Assembly (NCBI RefSeq): GCF_964188315.1
Contig: NC_135659.1
Span: 9,176,001-9,240,000, forward strand
From: Podarcis muralis
Lineage: Eukaryota
Reading direction: 5' to 3'
DNA length: 64,000 nucleotides
Below the pieces are notes generated by a model, which saw only the letters and a program-made list of their open reading frames with translations, did not search any database and was not told the origin of the DNA. The translations under genes were made by a program, and so were the position numbers. The stretch's first letter is position 1. Every line of letters begins with the position of its first letter. Below are positions 61,391 to 64,000 of the stretch, piece by piece.

Positions 61391-61406
61391 TAGCGCCATC
61401 TGGTTA
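61391..61406 (-). promoter_or_regulatory. Candidate CTCF site (TAACCAGATGGCGCTA)
   Basis: Close match by eye to the CTCF core. Motif only. Confidence 0.4.
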
Positions 61407-61799
61407 CTTGTGCAGTTGCTGTGTGTTGAGCATGAGTAGTATCATTGCTGAGTTATCCAGTCCCGAGCCACCCTTGATTTTAAAAGAGTAAATCCATCTC
61501 GCCGATTTGCTGACACGTGCTTTTTTTCTAAGCCTTGATACTCTGAAGCCATTGGCTTTGCAGAGCACAAGCCTGTTGGTCAATCCTAACCAGTTCCTTG
61601 GATCTTCCCCTCATTCAGTACACATCCATAACCTCTGAGCGGCCCTTCCTGCTAGAATGCAGCTGCAGAGAGTATTGGCACAGCATTGGGATCCTGGTGA
61701 AGGAGTTGCCAGGTTCAATGTCCGTGTGATAATTGCAAGGCAGTCAGGATACATTTATCTTGCTGAACGGATCTTGGAAGAAAGGAGATAAGCTTAGGC

Positions 61800-61936
61800 C
61801 ATTGTTTCTCAAACTTGGATTCCCCAGCTGTTGTTGGACTACAACTCCCATCATCCCTGACCGCTGGTCCTGCTAACTAGGGATGATGGGAGTTGTAGTC
61901 CAGCAACAGCTGGGGACCCAAGTTTGAGAAACACTG
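61800..61936. mobile_element. Fold-back hAT-like MITE (near-perfect ~55-bp stem)
   Basis: gtttctcaaacttgg...ccct / aggg...ccaagtttgagaaac. No TSD found. Confidence 0.8.
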
Positions 61937-62097
61937 CTGCAAGTAGAGAAGTTACAAGTACCACCTTGGTAAGCGTCCTGGGTGCTTAGTAAGCCAAGTG
62001 GTGCCCTCTGCCCAGCATTTGGAGGCAGCTCAGTCGGAGGTAAGGATGATCAGTGTGAACAGGCGCACAGTCTTATTCTCTCTGTTGTGTGCCTCAG

Positions 62098-63776
62098 GGA
62101 TGGCTGCGGGATCTCTGCTGCAGACGCAAAGAACTTTGCTCTGAAGGATGGAGACCCCCACGCCGGCGGCAACCTGAGCGACTCGTCCAGCGGGGAATCC
62201 AGCAGCGAGCAGCAAAGGAAGCGAGGGCCGTCCCCGTCCCGAGTGCGTTTCGAGGATGAGTCTGCGCGAGATGCCGAGGTCCGCTACTTGGAGCGCCTGC
62301 AGCTGCGTCAGAAGCGGGTGTTGGATTCCGTCCTTCTGTCTCTGGGCCGTGGCCCGCTGGTCTCCAAACCGGACCTTACGGATTACATCAACGGTGAGCT
62401 TCACCGCAAAGAGAGTGGCGGCGGCGGCAGCAAACCCGGCTGGGAACAGCAAGGCAGCAGGGGGCGCTCCGAGAAGAGGAAGCCTCTGGTGGTCAACGAG
62501 GAAGGCAAGTGCAGCGCATGCGGATCTTACGTCAGGAATCTGGCAGCCAGTCAGAACCCAGATACCGGAGCAAATCAGACTGCGAAGAGCGTGCATCAGT
62601 CTTGCAACATCCCCCGAGAGGGCAAGGAGCTAGGTCGGGCCAATGAAAGCAAAGAGCTCAACGCTACCCAAGAGGACTCGCGAACCAGGGCTTTGGGTCC
62701 CAAAGGAACTCCGCTGTGGATCCTTCCTTCCCGCCAGCGTGTTTACACAGAGCGCATCAAGGAGACGTACATAGGGGAAGTGACTTGCATAGATGAGGTG
62801 GATTCTGCTCTGGACAGCACCACGGATACATCGGACAGCTACAGGACGGACAGCGAGGAGGCTGGTGCCAGCAGCCAACGGTCAGTGGTCAAAAGCTCCC
62901 AGCACCGCGGGCCTGGTCCCGATCCCAGGCCGTTTTCCCCTTCAGAGGGGGAAGCCAAGAACAGGAAGGCCAACGGGGAGAGGCCCAGAGCAGATGGCAG
63001 CTGCCGTGCTAGTGGAGGGGAAATTGTGCCTCGCAGAGGGGAAATTGAATCAAGCGCTAATCAAGCCAGCGACTCTTCCTTGAAGGGGGCCTCTGAAGTC
63101 AGAGATCAGGTGACCAAAATGGCAGCTGGTAAGGCAGAAGTCTTTCCCAGAAGCAGCCAGCCGGTAGATCTGTATCAACTGGTGAAGAAAGGCAGGATGC
63201 AGGAACATCCAAAGCTGTCCAAGGCCCCATTAAAGCAATCCGCACCCTCCTCCCACCCTCAGCAGTTGCCTTCCCATCTGGTCCCTGATGGTGCCGCAGA
63301 CTCCATGAACAAGAAGCCGGTGGAAACTTCCAACCGAACTCGTAGGCCAACGAACAATTTAAGTCAAACCAAGCAAGAGCAGGACTCTTCCCAGCAGCTA
63401 ACTGAAGAGATGAGTGCCGGCTACAACTTTGCTTACCGAGTTCCTGCGCCGCCCACCACTGGAAAAGCCCATCCTTCCCCTATGCCTTACAGGAGGGCTG
63501 CTCTGAGCGGCAGCCACAAGCTCACTAGCCAGGATCCTGGGCGGATGGACCAAGCCAATGAACTATCAATTTACTCGGCCTCCTCTAATAGCTTCCAGGA
63601 GGAGGAGAGTGGCCAGCAGAGTCCAAAGATGCTCTCCAAGAACCAGCTCCTGGCCTTGTCCACCAACAACTGCAACAACACATATGCCAAGCACGAGCCA
63701 AAAACCTTAGGGACTGCTGCAGTGAAGAGCAGAGGGGAGCAGCCCCAGGAGAGACAGAAGCTGGAAAAAAACCAAG
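62098..63776 (+). CDS. KIAA1614: KIAA1614 large exon (SDSSSGESS...RVRFEDESAR...SKPDLTDYING...EVDSALDST...LLALSTNNCNN); gene continues beyond window
   Basis: gcctcag acceptor and aag|gtaaga donor. Several blocks match human KIAA1614. Open frame throughout. Confidence 0.93.
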
Positions 63777-64000
63777 GTAAGAGGTAATGTTGCCCTTTGG
63801 ACAACTGTAGAGAGGGCATCATGGTAGGCCATCCAGCAAGGCAGTTGAGAATTTGTACTCTAGATGATTTGTGCAAGTCAGATTTATTTATTCAGAGTTA
63901 TTGAACTTGCATAGATTTGCTTATTTTGCATGCCTGACCCTGACTGTGAATACAGTATTTAAGTTTTTCCGCAAATTTTGATTAAGGGTACCTTTAGGGT

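Noticed and set aside
61982-62097. N-terminal extension of the 601-aa ORF
   Set aside because: This is intronic sequence upstream of the acceptor at 62096-62097. The upstream AG 27 nt away lacks a pyrimidine tract.

Overview
This is eukaryotic (vertebrate) genomic DNA, almost certainly from a squamate reptile. Sauria SINEs, RTE-BovB, CR1, L2 and the Tc1/mariner and hAT MITE families suggest a lacertid-type lizard. Two + strand genes are present. The first is the last six coding exons of XPR1 (phosphate exporter / gammaretrovirus receptor; stop at 28513), followed by a long, probably TE-free 3'UTR. The second is KIAA1614, with a CpG-island promoter near 46.1-46.6 kb and four coding exons from 51609 to 63776; it continues beyond the window. 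This order matches the human XPR1-KIAA1614 synteny. Introns and intergenic DNA hold about 35 recognisable transposon pieces, many with intact target-site duplications (TSDs), plus one 142-N assembly gap. The most unusual structure is a ~2 kb tandem array just downstream of the KIAA1614 CpG island. It has three levels (78+95 bp subunits, a 173 bp unit, an 865 bp five-unit higher-order repeat), carries two TGCATG (RBFOX) motifs per unit, and is interrupted by a MITE bearing NRF1 and ETS motifs. Other notable items are a four-layer nested transposon stack, a CR1 with an uninterrupted RT frame, inverted repeat pairs flanking XPR1 exons, MITE-derived open frames contiguous with exons, and homeodomain-motif-rich candidate enhancers. 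There are no prokaryotic features and no CRISPR. All gene and family assignments come from recalled sequence similarity, not from database searches.
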